From Takakia lepidozioides (Eukaryota > Plantae > Bryophyta): 64,000 bases of DNA. The DNA is taken from positions 21,018,001-21,082,000 of the forward strand of contig CM060733.1 in the NCBI GenBank assembly GCA_030704615.1. Reading direction: 5' to 3'. The notes below the pieces were generated by a model, which was not told where the DNA came from, searched no databases, and saw nothing but the letters and a program-made list of their open reading frames with translations. The position numbers and the translations under genes are program-made. Below are positions 23,124 through 36,616 of this stretch, one piece after another (within the stretch, counting starts at the first letter, position 1; each line of letters begins with the position of its first letter).

Positions 23124-26100
23124 ATGTGGCAATTGCATTTGAGTCGCGGGGCGGTGCCATGCTATGGCGCTTGTGTTGCAGGCAGACGATTGTGTTTCGC
23201 AAGGTGTCCCTCCACTCAGCTCCTTCAGGCCTGGCGTCCGCGCGCTGAGCGCACCACTGCTTCAATTGTAATGGATGCAAACGCAGTAACTGAATCCAAG
23301 AAAGGTACAGCATGATGTATTGGGTTTGTTTTTTCTCTTTCTTCGTTTTCCAATTCATGGATCTGGTATCGTCATCTGTTCGAGGAGATTAAGGAACCAC
23401 GTCTGGATATGTGATGGTGTTTGTCGGATGGTCTGCGATGGTTCTCGACGAGTCTGTTGTCTTGGCGTCTTTCCAGTTTCTTGTCAAACAATGCCTGCGT
23501 TCTTGTGGTGTACTTGACCCATAGTATTTCGATAGCGTTCGTGAGATGGGCTTGTTCGTGGCTTGTTAGTGGGACATTTATGGGGTGGGGCAACGCTTCC
23601 AGTTTAGGGGTTAGGGTGTAGGCGCTCGTGGAAATTCAAGGGGTGTGTGTGAATTTTGCCAGGCAGGGTCGCAATGAAGCCCAATGTATCCCAGGGATGG
23701 TCTGTGGGGATTTGGGATCAAGTACACAGAATTCAGACCTTTATTTGGTGTCGTATGTGGCTTCAGCACAACGTCTTGATTGGACATGAATGCACAGCTC
23801 TCGTAGTCCATGGAGTCTCTTTAGTGCTATTAATGACACGCACTACAATATTCGCCAGGCAGCCTCCAGTCAGAGCTATGTTTGTAGCAAATGGGCAAAA
23901 GCTCTGTTTTTCCCATTGCTGAGGATTCTCTGTTGAAGTAGATGTGTAGCTGAGGCTTAAGATGCGTTTGTGTCACAGGAAGCAGTCTATACTAAGACCT
24001 TTGTGATTATTAACAGGGCTGGCTTAGAATCTTTCATGAGTAAAGGAGATTTGGACGTATTTGGTTTGCAGTTTCTGTAGCTAAGGAGCCAGGCAATGGA
24101 TTTGGGCAAACAAAGCTTGGAAGGTGCAAGACAGGAGCAGTGGAGGTTGATGGGTTCTCAATTGAGGGGGTGTCAGTTGGAGGTCAGGAGACTTGTGTGA
24201 TGGTGCCAGCCATGAAGGTTGCCTTTGATATAGGTCGCTGTCCTGAGCGTGCCGTCGCACAAGACTTTCTCTTCATTACCCATGCTCACATGGACCACAT
24301 TGTAAGTTTTTTCTTTGAGTTTTCTGGCAATTGCCTTCCAAGTCAGGCATGGGTTTGGGCAAGGGTTGTGGTGTATTCTTTAGTGTTAGCTTATCCATCC
24401 CCCAATTGATCAGCCCTTAACTCATTGACACCGCTGGTTGCAGGGTGGAGTCTGCATGTACGTGGCCTCACGTGGGATGTTGAAAATGAAGCCCCCAGTA
24501 GTGATTGTGCCAGCTTGCGTAAAGCCCACAGTGGAGAAGCTCTTCGATGTCTACAGAGAACTCGACGGATCTGAGTTAAAGCTTCAGCTGATAGGCTTGG
24601 ATGTCCGTATACTTGGTCCCTCCCTCACATTCTCCTCCTTGAGAGTCTTTTTCTCCTGTCATCCTGTACCAGTGTGATCTATTTGTTTACAGCTCTTGCT
24701 TGTTCTTGACAATTACAAGTTAAAGACAGGATAAAATCGGAGATCTTGCATTGTCATCCGCTGTGGTAATGCAAGTGAACATTCAGGCCAAACTTCTGTA
24801 AATTATATTATATAGAAACTAGGTATTGACCCCACACTTTTTGTGTCTTACTGTTTGTGCATCTTTAATTTCATAGTGCCTCTTACAATAACTTCTTCCT
24901 TCACAGCTAGTTTCTGAGCTAACTCACAAATTCATCCGCAGATAGGGGAGGAGTTTAGTATGGGGAAAAGCCTTTTTGTAAAAGCATTCAAAACATACCA
25001 TGTTGTTCCAAGCCAGGTATGTGCTACCTTGAGCTAATGCCGTAGGCATGTTATCTCTCCCTGCCCATCCCACCAACTCCCACTCCCCCTTCCTCCTTGC
25101 TCAAGATCCCTTGTATGTACAGAGGAGGCTTGGTTGTATGCATCCTAAGTGTTGATGGTTGCTTTCACATTTTAGGATTTTGCTTGGGTTGCAGTTTGGT
25201 AAAGGTCTTGTTTGTTCTATGCTGACAGGCATTCCTAACACCTGGCAGGGCTACATTGTGTACTCCGAAAAGAACAAGTTGAAACCAGAGTATGTGGGGC
25301 TGCCTGGGGAAAAGATAAAAGAACTGAAGGCCTCTGGTGTCCAGGTGAGAAGTGTTTCTACTTTGGTGAGAAGTGTCTCTATTCAGGATAGAGACACCCT
25401 TTCATATCCATTGCGTACTCTATCATGTGATTGGAAAGAGAAGTGATCAATAAGGAAGTTGCTACAAATGTCCCTCCCTTGGGATTCCTAATAAAACTAT
25501 AAATGGGATGCTGTGAAGATCACGGACACAATCAGGGTGCCAGAGGTGGCCTTCACAGGTGACACTACATCCGATTTCATCTTAGATAAGGCCAACGCAG
25601 ATGCCTTGCGTGCAAAGCTTCTCATTATGGAGGTTAGTACCTATCCTTTGACAAGTCATGCTTTCAATAGGTTTTGTGGGCTGTCCAAATCTCTCTTTCT
25701 CTCTTGTGGCTTACCTGCATGAGGCGCTCCACTTTCCTGCAACAGTTGGGATCTGATTGCATCTTTGTTCGCTTTGTCCAAGGTTCCCCTGGGCTTTCAC
25801 TAGATATCAAAAGTTCTCCATCCTCTTTTCGTCTAAGGCTTCTCTCTCTCTCTCTCTGGTCACAAGGCAATGGCAAACAATATGATGTTCTACTTTGTCC
25901 CGTGGACCCTCAGTTCCCCACAGTTTCTTCTTTGTACGGCTATGCCTTGTTAGTCTGTGGTGGATGTGGATTCTTGCCTTCCCTTATATTCCTTGATATG
26001 GATGCCACACCATTACTAACAATGGGCCATGCCGCTTGTGGCACCTGTGTGGGGCGCGGGCTGATACAGTCGACCTTCTTGGAAGGATCCATGACTATTG

Positions 26101-27744
26101 AGCATGCACGAGAATATGGCCACACCCATTTGTTTGAGGTACTGTTATTAATAATTGAACTGTTGGGGTGATCATTGACAACTTTGTCCTCACTTTTAAG
26201 TGATGCTTAAATCTGGCCATGAACATTCTCACCCCCAAAATTGCTTACAGTGATGAAACAACATAAGGAACTTGGGTAATGCTAGCATTAGCAAATACAT
26301 GGTTGGTTCCAGGTTCAAACTTACTGTGGCTTGCAAACTTTGCACTTTTCGTAGCTCTTTTGTGTAATTTTGAGGTTTTAGTCATCTTATATTACGACTG
26401 TTCTGTTTGGTTTAAAAATGGCGCAATAGAACTTCAGACAGGCAGGCATGTTTCTGTCACAGTATTGACCCCTTTGCAATCAACAGATTGCAAGAAATGG
26501 CGTCATAGGGCAATCTCTTCTTAATTCGTAGTTGCTTGATCTGTGATTGGTACGTACAGAAACCTGTTTCATAGTTTACCTTAGATCCCGTTTGAGATAT
26601 GTGCACTTACTAAGCTGTCAGGGTGTGTTTGCAGATAATAGCACTGGCAGATAGGCTGGAGAACAAGTCCATCCTTCTCATCCATTTCTCTGCTCGTTAT
26701 AAGCAAGAGGTTATCTTCTGCCTTATCTTTTGGTTGTTGAGAGGGAGATTAATGTTGTATAGTTAGCAACTCCTTGGTACCTGAAAGAAACAGATTACAG
26801 ACATAATATGCTGTGAATGTGCAAGCTCATCAATTACATTAGACGCACCCCGCTTGGTGGTACTAATTATCTTGATTGGCAGTTTCTGCCATTATTGATA
26901 GCATGGTTATACAAGAGGTTGAGGGGCTGGAGTTTGCTTGTAAAAGTTGAGACGGTTACCGCTTCAAAGAGGGTAACCAGACTACTGCCAAGAGTCGGCT
27001 AGCTTCAGGTAGCTGAGCACAGTTTTGCAGGGGGTTCCTGCAGTCATGATCCTGTATTTAACACACCTTCTGGCATCTTGAGGCACATAAGAATGTGTGG
27101 CAAGAGCCCAGGACCACCTCAGCGAGGCAGCTCTGTGTAAAAACAAAATGAGGGTTGACGCGCAGTAGTCCAGGGTACCCCTTGTGAAAGCAATAATCAT
27201 CTTCACTTTTGATTGACTAGGGAGTTCACTGGAATCAGCTGTTTGGGAGATTCAACTCCTCCAAGTAGTCGACCACAGTTTTGCTGTGTGGTCCTGTATT
27301 ATACACACTTCAAGCAGAACACAATGTGGCAGCAGCTCATGACCACCTCCAAGTCCTCAGTGAGGTCAGGCAAGCTCTGAGGAGCAATTACAGAGCTGGA
27401 TGGATTCCAGTGAACTCTGTAGTCAAGTACTAGTGCAAACACGATATGAGTGAGCCTACAAAAGAGAGGCAGTGCTGCGGTTACCTCTGGAAATACCTTT
27501 CAGTAGTGTAGTTCGTGCACATGAAAAAGCGGGGTAACTGAACTGCTCTCACAAAACCCATGCAAGTGTATCAGTCTGGAACAGAAACTATTGATGGAAA
27601 TCTGAAACCCACTAACAAATCAGGCATCCAATGGGATTTCATTAGCTGATCGGACTGTTGTTTTGACAGGAGATTTTTAAGGCAATTGAGGAGCTCCCAC
27701 CACCGCTGCACGGCCGAGTGTTTGCTTTGACCGAGGGTTTCTGA
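23124..27744 (+). CDS. Short-form (TM-type) tRNase Z, TRZ1/TRZ2-like, 8 exons
   Basis: IEGVSVGGQETC, FDIGRCP, THAHMDHIGG (HxHxDH), KL-type arm KLKPEYVGLPG, AFTGDT, ESTF, YGHTH, LIHFSARY. The last exon EIFKAIEELPPPLHGRVFALTEGF stops at 27744. A second in-frame ATG is at 23271. Confidence 0.93.
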
Positions 27745-28781
27745 CCCAAGTCCTCTAAACATTGTTACTTCATTTTACACGGGCAAGAGGGAAGTGGGGA
27801 TTTTTTAACAGTGAGTTTACTGACCAAAACTGAGTGAGAAGCGACAATCAGCTGCCCATGTATATGGATTATGTACAATTTGAAAAGCATTGATATAAAT
27901 TTGTTAGAGTCCCAAAGGGGTCTAACACTGCTTACTTTAGCAGGTCTGCACTCTTTACCTTTTTCTATCAACAGCAAATATCAACCCATGTTTACACGCT
28001 CCAGTTTCTTGTTTCAAGTTTTTGCTTTCTTGTGTTGAGTCGGCTCTGTAAATCAACTGGACAGAAAGCAAACTTCAACTTCTCTTATCAAAACATTTGT
28101 AGTGCATTCACCTCATGACATAAGATGTCGATGGGCCCCACCCCACGAGAGTTATTTTGGGTTTAGAAGTTTGTATACCTCACACTACTCTATCATACAT
28201 AATCTTTAGTGGATAATCTGCACATGGAAGCCATGGATCAGTTAAATGCCCAGTGCCAACTTTGTCTTTCCACTACAAAAAATTTCAGCAAGCTAAAGGA
28301 CAAGCACAAGAGGAGCAGGGCCTCTGAAGGTCTGAACTCTGAAATGATGGGGTACTTCCTTCCCATGCATACAATCTCAACTGCCGAATGTAACAAGCTG
28401 CCAAAAGGCAATGTGAGCTTTGGGAACGCAAACCCTGATGAGTGCATAGAAGAGCTCACAGATGGCGCCCTCTGCATGTGTCTGTCCCCTTTCGTCCCGT
28501 GAATCTCTTTGGCTCCATTGAGTAGGAAGGGACATTTTGCTGCGTCTCCCCTGTCTTGGTGTCTGTTTAGCACAGCTGTTCTTTGTGTTGAGAAGGTATA
28601 GTCCTCTCGTTAACCTTGTTCCTGACCTGTAATCAGAGTTGCAATGGAGAATCCTGGCATGTCATATCCTGGAGGCATACTTTCTCCTACTTCGTACCAT
28701 CACTTGATGAGGACAAGGGAATGTCTACTGCCTGCAGCATACGCACTGCTCACCGGAGTGAAGCACTCCCCGCCAGATGTA

Positions 28782-28873
28782 TGCCTCCCATCCACCTGTG
28801 GGCAATCGATATGGGATAATGATTTTAGAGAGGTGGTGCCCACGCCGACTCAACTATCATCCTTTCAAACTCG
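28782..28873. repeat. Fragment of the same repeat family as the insertion at 49230-49580
   Basis: TGCCTCCCATCCA...GGGCAATCGATATGGGATAATGATTTTAGA...GTGCCCACGCCGACTC is shared with 49471-49556. Confidence 0.8.
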
Positions 28874-30443
28874 TGGTTGTGATTCAATACACGAATGTGT
28901 AACACAAATGCTGGCAGGAGGAATCTAAGACTGTCATGTTCTGTCAGACTTCTCAAACACTTGATTGGAGAAGCAACCCCCTAGTGAGTTCCCCCCCTCC
29001 GCCCGTGCTGGTGCTACCATGCAGTCAACTGTCATTACTACTGAGGAAGATGATCTGACAGTCAACTAGTGGAAGTGTGTACTAACAGATTTGTATGTTT
29101 TTCAAATGCACAAACGTGCAAGATTCAAATCTCAGTGCCCGAGCAGCCGGGCTTTCCAACAAATCCCTGCAGCTCACACGCTGCCCACGACTGCATAGCT
29201 GCTCTTTGGTTAGGTGTGCTGTCAACGGCCAGTGTACCTGTGCTTTCCTCTTTCATTGAGGATGGAGGAAGACCGCAAATCCGGATTATAATTTCCAACC
29301 GGTGCTGAGCGTATGAAGCTACACTTCCTTCATGAGAGTAACTACATATAAGCTTAGAATGCGGCGATTTGCTGCCCTCAAGCCAAGATAGGCTACAGTA
29401 TGATACACCCATTAATTCATAAAATTGTGTGCCAAGTGGGGTCAACATTCAATTTCCCCCTCTGCATGGAAAGAGGTTTGGCTGAACGTGTGGCTAACAC
29501 AGCAGGACAGCAAAACATAGGCTAGTGCTTTTGTCTGGAAGACTTGCAACCAGATTCTTCCCATTCTTGCCTCTAGGGATCCTCCTAACAATCTGTCTAT
29601 CACAGGAGGAAGAACGATTGAGCACTTATGTCCCTTTGCTAAAATCATTTGGTCTACGAACAATGATTCTTATGCCACCTGGAGAAGCATTGACATTTCT
29701 GATCCTGCTATGCTTCTCCTTCAACGTCTCATTCTTCTACTTAGATGGCATCCTTGTCAAGTATGGTGGTGCCTTCATGCCCTTACTCTCTGGCACATGT
29801 GGAAGGCCCCGCTGCTCCCACATTTTTTAGAGCAGATCACTTAGCACTCCTGTCACAAGGGAGTGAGGAGGTGACTAAGAAAAATGAGTTGGGTTACTCC
29901 AGCTCTCAATTACAGCTAGCTACGAGGTCCTACTCCATCCCTGTGCTAGTCTGAGCAACTTGTGTAATCCAATATTAGGACTCAACTTTGTCTCCCACTG
30001 CCACTATTGGGGTCTTTAGTTCAAAAATCACTAGCTCATGATTAAGCTCTGAAATTCAATGATATCCAGGGGAAGCATAAATTCAGAAGGCACCTACCCA
30101 GAGCCCACATCAGCACTTGGGAAGAATGTCCACCCATATAAAAATGAAGACACCACTCTTTCAAACATCTCTTCACAAAAATGGTGCAGTTGCTAGTTGC
30201 AAAATGTTTGCTTCAAAAATTGCACTCAAGTGACATCATAAGTGTCAGGAAAAGAAGAGGGTAAAAGACAATCCCAAAATGCAACCTACAGCCAAGTCTT
30301 TCTGCAAGCCGCTGCATGTCATGCATGTTCCAAGGCACCTCACACAACAAAAAGAGAGTGCCTTTCTCATCACACAGCCTAGTTGGACCGTGCAAAGTCC
30401 TTGTTGGATTTATGCAAGCCATCTACTCAAGACAGCTTGTAAA

Positions 30444-32881
30444 TCATTCAGACCCTCGATGCCTATCAAATTGTGACTCATGGCAGTAAGGGTCTAGCCA
30501 CTCTGTCTCTGCACCCCGTGGTGTAGTAGTAGCCCCAGATTTGCCACCCATGAGGTCCTGTAAGACTTCCACCTTGTTCTCCCGGCCTGCCAGACTCCCT
30601 TTCTTCTCTGCATCTTTCAGTTTCTGTTTCAGCCGCTGCTTTCTGCCTGCTGAAGTTGATACCTCTTGACCACGAGAATAGTGTGGAGGTGCACCATGTG
30701 GCCCCAAATATATGTCCTCAGTAACACCTGCAACCTGTCACATCACAACCAAAGAAAACTGACTTCAGTGTACCTTCGATCCTGCATAGGTAGCATGCTA
30801 AGTAGAGGTATTGGTACAACAGCAAGAAGAGGACAAAACAAAGTCTGTAGCAGAACAGCCTCTCAAGGGTTCCCAGCACTTAATGTCATCCACAATCCAT
30901 CCAGGTTTACGGAGGGGGAGAAGGTATGGAAGTAGAGAAACAGGCAGGCAGGCAGGCAGAGGCACATACTCTCTGAAAAGGTGGTCTGTAGGGTTCATCT
31001 TCCTCCAACCGCTCGCTGCGATTTCCAACAGGATGACCGGTTGTGAGGCTTGGAATCTTGAACCCATCAGCATCTGGGACATGAAAAAGAATCAGGATTA
31101 GGACATCATAATTTCTGCCTCAAAGAAGCAAGACATCTAATGGGACTTTTTCATGGGATGTAAATACTCAAGAGAAGGCAATGGGACAAAGACTTGGGTT
31201 CAATGTTCTTTTACAGCACTGCATTAAATGGCCTGTTGCACACAAAGATTTAGGTGAGTGAGAGGGACAAAGTAATGAATTGAAAACAGCAGGTCTCAGC
31301 TGAGGTTAGCAGTTTAGCACCAAGTCAATTAGTAAGTGTTAAGACCAATGCATGAAACCCAGCACCAGCACCAATACAGTGGGTCTTGACAATCTTGGTC
31401 ATTGTTTCAAAAACTGAAAATCTTCATTTCAAAATCACTGTAGAACACTAAAGCTTTGGTTAGCTGAATCCCATTTCCTTGTCTAGGATCCAATTGAAGA
31501 ATTCAAGGTAAACACCCCCCTCCTGGTCAAGGGCCCAACAGACTCAGTAGCACATATGCAAGGAGCTCTCTGATCACTTTGCAGGAAAACGTTCATTACA
31601 GTTGCATTCAAGAGTAATGTATGAACTCTCAGAACCAACAATCTTTCGGTGGTGGTGAGTAGTACACTCTCACAGTATTGAACATAAACCTAACATAAAC
31701 CCACCAACCCTTCCCTGACATACTGATGACAAACATCGCCGCAGCGCTACAGCCATGAAAAGGAGGAGAATGGAGAGGTAAATCTGAACCACATCAATAT
31801 GAAACACTTGCTCTCACAACCACATCATGTAGAAGATGCAGGACAAAATGAAGATCTGCATTCAGAAAACTTCAAACTTTGAACCAATGTTGTAGCCAGT
31901 TATGGCAAAACTAAGGAATAAACAGAAACGAAATGAAATAAAATGATACAGCAGAAGGCTGAAAGAGCTAATGGAGAAAGCATGAAACTCTCCCCACAGG
32001 AATAAACAGAGAAAGGGTTCAGGCAGACACCACGTTCACAGTTATCCTGGGAATTCAAATATTCATATATGCATATGACATAGCTTCTTGATGTAGAACA
32101 ATAAAATGGATGGGGCGGACACAACATAATCACATCGTGTAACGGTTTATGCGTTACTACACAACGTCGGCAATTTTCTACTCGTTGGTTCTGTTCTTGA
32201 AAATTTGATAGTGTGCTGACCATTCTCGTTAAGTATGATGGGCTTGATCAAACCAAACACCTCAATTTCAATCCGTTTTTCCTAACACCCATAAACAAAG
32301 CTCCTATCCACATTGAGAAATTTGAAACCTTCTGTGCTCTGTCGCGACTCACAGTGGGGAGGCTTGCCCCTGCATTAGGACCGTCTTCACTCTAACGGTA
32401 GGCCAAATGATCACGCTAATTCCGATGAGCACAGAGCAAACAATGCAGACTCTATAAACGCCGATTGGGAATAAGGCACCCAAAGCGTGAGTTACATTAC
32501 CGTGAAAAGGAAATAGCATGAAACCGGATTGACCGACGAGCACTCTTAATAGACCACGGTGCTAGGGTTAGAGTGCTGGAAGCACGAACCTGGCATCTAC
32601 TCCGTGCTCTCAAAATCCAGCAATGCACAACAAGAATAATAGTGACACGATCTTCTGACTATCAATCAGAATTAACAATATGCGAATACCCTCATAGACA
32701 GACGCATTCGGATCCCTCACTTTTGCAATCAACTGACTGAAGGCCAAATTTACAGCAAGCATTGATGCATACACGCCCCTTCGAACAAAGCTTGCAAACA
32801 ACCGTACAAGAGGGATAAGAACGGACCCCATTCATCGTCCTCAGAGTGCGAAGACGCAGCACCGTTGAAGGCGGGATCCAT
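30444..32881 (-). CDS. Conserved uncharacterised small plant protein, exons 32881-32827, 31073-30970, 30734-30444
   Basis: Spliced product MDPAFNGAASSHSEDDEWDADGFKIPSL...IYLGPHGAPP...RKQRLKQKLKDA...GRENKVE...WLDPYCHESQF. Intron phases are compatible. The motifs resemble a land-plant family of unknown function (recognised from memory). Confidence 0.8.
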
Positions 32882-33439
32882 AGCTCCCAGCAAGTGCGCA
32901 GCAGCTCATGGACGATAGAAACGAAAAAAAAACTTCTAGTGGGAGCTCATCATCCCCTCGTCCTTCCCTACCTCACTCCCTCGCTTACAAAAATCGGCGC
33001 AACCCCAATTTCTCGCACACTCCCCCCACTCCACGCCCGCTTGTCTACTACTCCACTCCCGTATCCTCAAAACACCAAAACAACCTCCACTCCCCTCCCC
33101 CCTACCTCACTCCAATTCACCTCACAACCCCCTCCCCTCCTGCTCAATCTCTTCACCTCTCTCCTTCACCAATCCTCCCAATCTTCTCAATATCTCACCA
33201 GCACGCCGCTTCCTCTACCAAATTCAAAACACCCCCTTTCAAAACACCCCCTTTCCACTCCCCAAACAGCAAACAAAAATCGTCTCCGTCCTTCCTCCCT
33301 ACTCCCTCCTTCCTTCCTCGCAACCTCTATCAATCTCACGCCTTGCTCGACCGATTTTACAAAGCACTCAATCGTCTCTCTCCTCTCTTCGTCTTCGTCT
33401 TCACCTCCACAGACCCGAGAAGGAGGCCGCGCAGCCCTG

Positions 33440-33449
33440 CTATATAAGC
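33440..33449 (-). promoter_or_regulatory. Probable TATA box for the 32881 gene
   Basis: CTTATATAGC on the minus strand in a GC-rich promoter-like region. The motif is near-palindromic, so the strand is uncertain. Confidence 0.35.
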
Positions 33450-34689
33450 CCACAGCGGCCGCGTTCAAACTCGCCGGCAAACCACCGGCCGGCACCGCCG
33501 GCAGACAGCGACCCCTTCGCGGGGAATTTGTAGCGTGCGCTGCGCTGTCGGATCTCTGTCAATCCGGTGGACGTTAAACCAACTTAACTTTCACCCCGCA
33601 GTAACACAGTAACTTCAACCCCAGCAGGCGGCTCACACGCTCGTCAGATCCGAGCGCACCGCTTCCCTCTCTCTTCTCTTCGTCTCTGTGGATCCCGATC
33701 CCTGGCAGTTGAACGCGAGGGGGATGCGTGGTTGCAAGTCGGATATTGTTGTGGGGTCAACCGAGCGCAGACTGATCCAGAGATGCTTCTGCTGAGATTC
33801 AGCCAATTGCAAGGTCCCCAGAGCAACAAGAATATGAATGACGCCTGCAGCCAGTAGCCGCATGCGGTCTGACCGATCGAGTCCAATTTTATGGTTGGAT
33901 TCGTCTGCTGGTACGTCTCTACTGGTGTCTACCAGCTACAGACTACAGACCTGCTTAGTTTGGTAATAAGGCACATTCGTGATTAAGTTAGTCGACCTCA
34001 ACCCCAGTGGGTGGCTGTGTGGACACGACGCGCACCAACATCCGCACTGGCTTAATTGACCCGGTAGTGGTCGATACAGTACCTACTGTTTGAAGAAACG
34101 GCATAACTTATCTGCCGCGGGACTAGAGGTGCTGCGAGGACGATGCTGTCTGAAGCTCAAAAATCACTACCGTAGCTGCAGATCAACTACCGCTTGCCTG
34201 ACAACCCAATTGTTCTAGAACATATGACATGGGCGTGAGTGGAGGTTGACAGTCGACACTGGACACCCCTCTAATATTTCATGTCGGTAGACCCACGAAG
34301 GCATCAAAGATTGGAGACATGGAGGTGAGTGAGTGATGAGAGGTTGGAGGATGTGCAGCACGAGGATAGGGTGGGACAATTCGTGTCTGGGCCCGGACTA
34401 CTGAGTCCCACTCATGTTGTGTTATCGGTGTTTCTTTATGTCACTTTTGCGACACTGGGATGGGCCCCTCCCTTTTAGGAATGTGGGTCATTTTTAGAGT
34501 CACACTTTCTCTTGTCATTCAGGGCAGGAAGAAAACAAGGCTGGTATTTTCTATTGTTTTTTTTTTGAGGCTGGTTTTTCTTGAAATATTTTCTTACTAC
34601 AATTTTACTTTTTTTTAAGAAGAATTCTTGGTCCTAGGCACAGACCAAGAGTTTTTGTTTCTTTTATTTCTAAACTTAATGAACCCCTT

Positions 34690-34827
34690 GGGCAGTGTCC
34701 CTAGACTCGCCTTGAGCCCGGCGCCTCATGGCGAGGTTACTATGAAAGAGGTTATTTTCTGCTCTCACTATAACTAAGGGGCCTGATTTGTGAGCTGTAG
34801 CTCCGGGGTATTTCCCTTTTTTTTTTT
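34690..34827 (+). mobile_element. 5'-truncated SINE copy
   Basis: Matches the 3' part of the SINE at 58684-58886 and ends in a T run. Confidence 0.75.
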
Positions 34828-36616
34828 AAATGGACCCATTCCAATAAAACATTATTGGGTTTATGAAGAGCCTGAGGCATGATAGTGACATTGAGTGCAG
34901 AGCAAGATGACAAGCCAACTCAAGAGTAGGACAGGCCGCAACAGAAAACAATGAGTGAAGAAGCCACAGCAGCTAAGAGAATGGATAGCAGCAAGCAGAA
35001 CAAGGATAGCCGGCCTCGCAACCAAAAAGGAATGGAAGGTGAAGCCCAGCGCAGTTCAGCTGCAATACAAATGTCATATCCAATTAGGAGCTCCACCAAT
35101 GTGAAATTGAATTGTGCATTGGCCTATGGGTCTGGGGTTGAACCTTCTGTGCTGCCTTGGGGTTAGGGCTATGTCCCCTGTGTGTCTCTGTTGCTCAGAA
35201 AGGGGGTTAATTTTCCCCTAGATAGTTTTGCTAGAGAAACTCATTGCGCTCATTTTTGTGAGCACATTTTTGTGTCGCCATAATTTCGCACATTGAGTAT
35301 GCTCACACCGCTATCCAACGTTGGGGGGAAAGTGCTACTCAAAACTCTGCTTGGATAGCTACTAATCTCTACTCGCAAATTGCGACAAAAAGGACAACGC
35401 TAATGTCTTGTGTTCATTCGTACTACTCTCTGGCTCTGTGGCTTCGGAGGCTTTGCCTCAATGATAATTTGGCGTGAATTGGGGGTCTTAGGGCCCACTT
35501 TCACCAAAGATTTTATGTATGATCCCATTTGCCAGTGATCTGGCCCCTTCCCTTGGGGGCGGCCCACTAGTCTTGTTGAGTGTCCTTCGCACACTTAGAT
35601 ACGTGGGTTGGCCTCCTCATTGGCCAAGACGGTCATCGGTGTGTGTACTCCGTCTTCAGGATGGTTGTTCTTTACATTTTGTCATGTGGGTTTGTCCCTC
35701 ACGGGGCTTGGGTTGCTGTGCTTTATGGCCGGACCTTGGGGGGTTTATTTTTTTTGCCCGGTCCAAGCTCTTTACTACTACAACAAATAATCATCCCCCT
35801 AGGTGGACTGGACTGGGTGTTACCCATCCTTTGTGATGTATGCCTTTATGGCCTCCCATCACGGTTATTTTTTCCATGATTTTTCTTAATATGAGTTAAA
35901 GGGCTTCCTCCCCGTTTAATTTATAATAATAATAATAATCATAGTAATTCTTCTAATATTGTAACATCGTAAACCACAACATTTCACTAGCGAAAAATAC
36001 AGCACTCAAATATGTCACATCTAGCTTATGGAGAGTTTTGCGATTTTAGACATATATATATATATATATATATATTATGCCAAGAAGTCAAGTAATGTGT
36101 GATTTCAACACTTTCGGAAGCATGAGCACATTTTCGTTTTACCATAACATATTCTTTGCATATTTCAAGAATATGTAGAATCATTTTTTTGCTCATGTGC
36201 TATCCAACCTTGACCACAAGCTACCAACTTATTTCATGTCCGACCATCCGACCCTCTTAAGCCCAACTTCCATGCCCCGGCCGTCAGCCAAGAATGCACC
36301 ACAAGACAACACTGGGCGTGCCCTTTCATGTTTATTTCTGGCTTACCCATATTTGCGAGTAGGATACTTGGAAGCTTGGAGCAGATTTTGACTCAGTTCA
36401 TTGTGGATAGTTGACAATTGAATTTACCTGCTGTGACCGGTCCCAACTGCTAGGGCCCACCTGGCAAACCTACTCGCCCACCTGTTTAGAACCCTACATC
36501 ACATACAAGTGACATTCCACTAATTTTTCTGCAATGCTCGGCCAAGTTATCCTACACATGGCCCAATTTGGCCCTTAGGGTTGCAGTGAACATACAAGTA
36601 TAAATGAATAAATGAC

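Noticed and set aside
24411-24443. U12-type branch point (CCTTAAC) in a tRNase Z intron
   Set aside because: The donor is a standard U2 GTAAGT, not RTATCCTT.
28200-29950. Several 70-110 aa ORFs
   Set aside because: Interrupted frames without recognisable domains, mixed with repeat fragments.
32846-33577. 243-aa and 179-aa plus-strand ORFs
   Set aside because: Low-complexity Pro/Ser/Leu translations antisense to a purine-rich 5' UTR/promoter.
35400-35940. LINE 3' end with (TAA)n tail
   Set aside because: The tail is suggestive, but there is no diagnostic coding motif or TSD.
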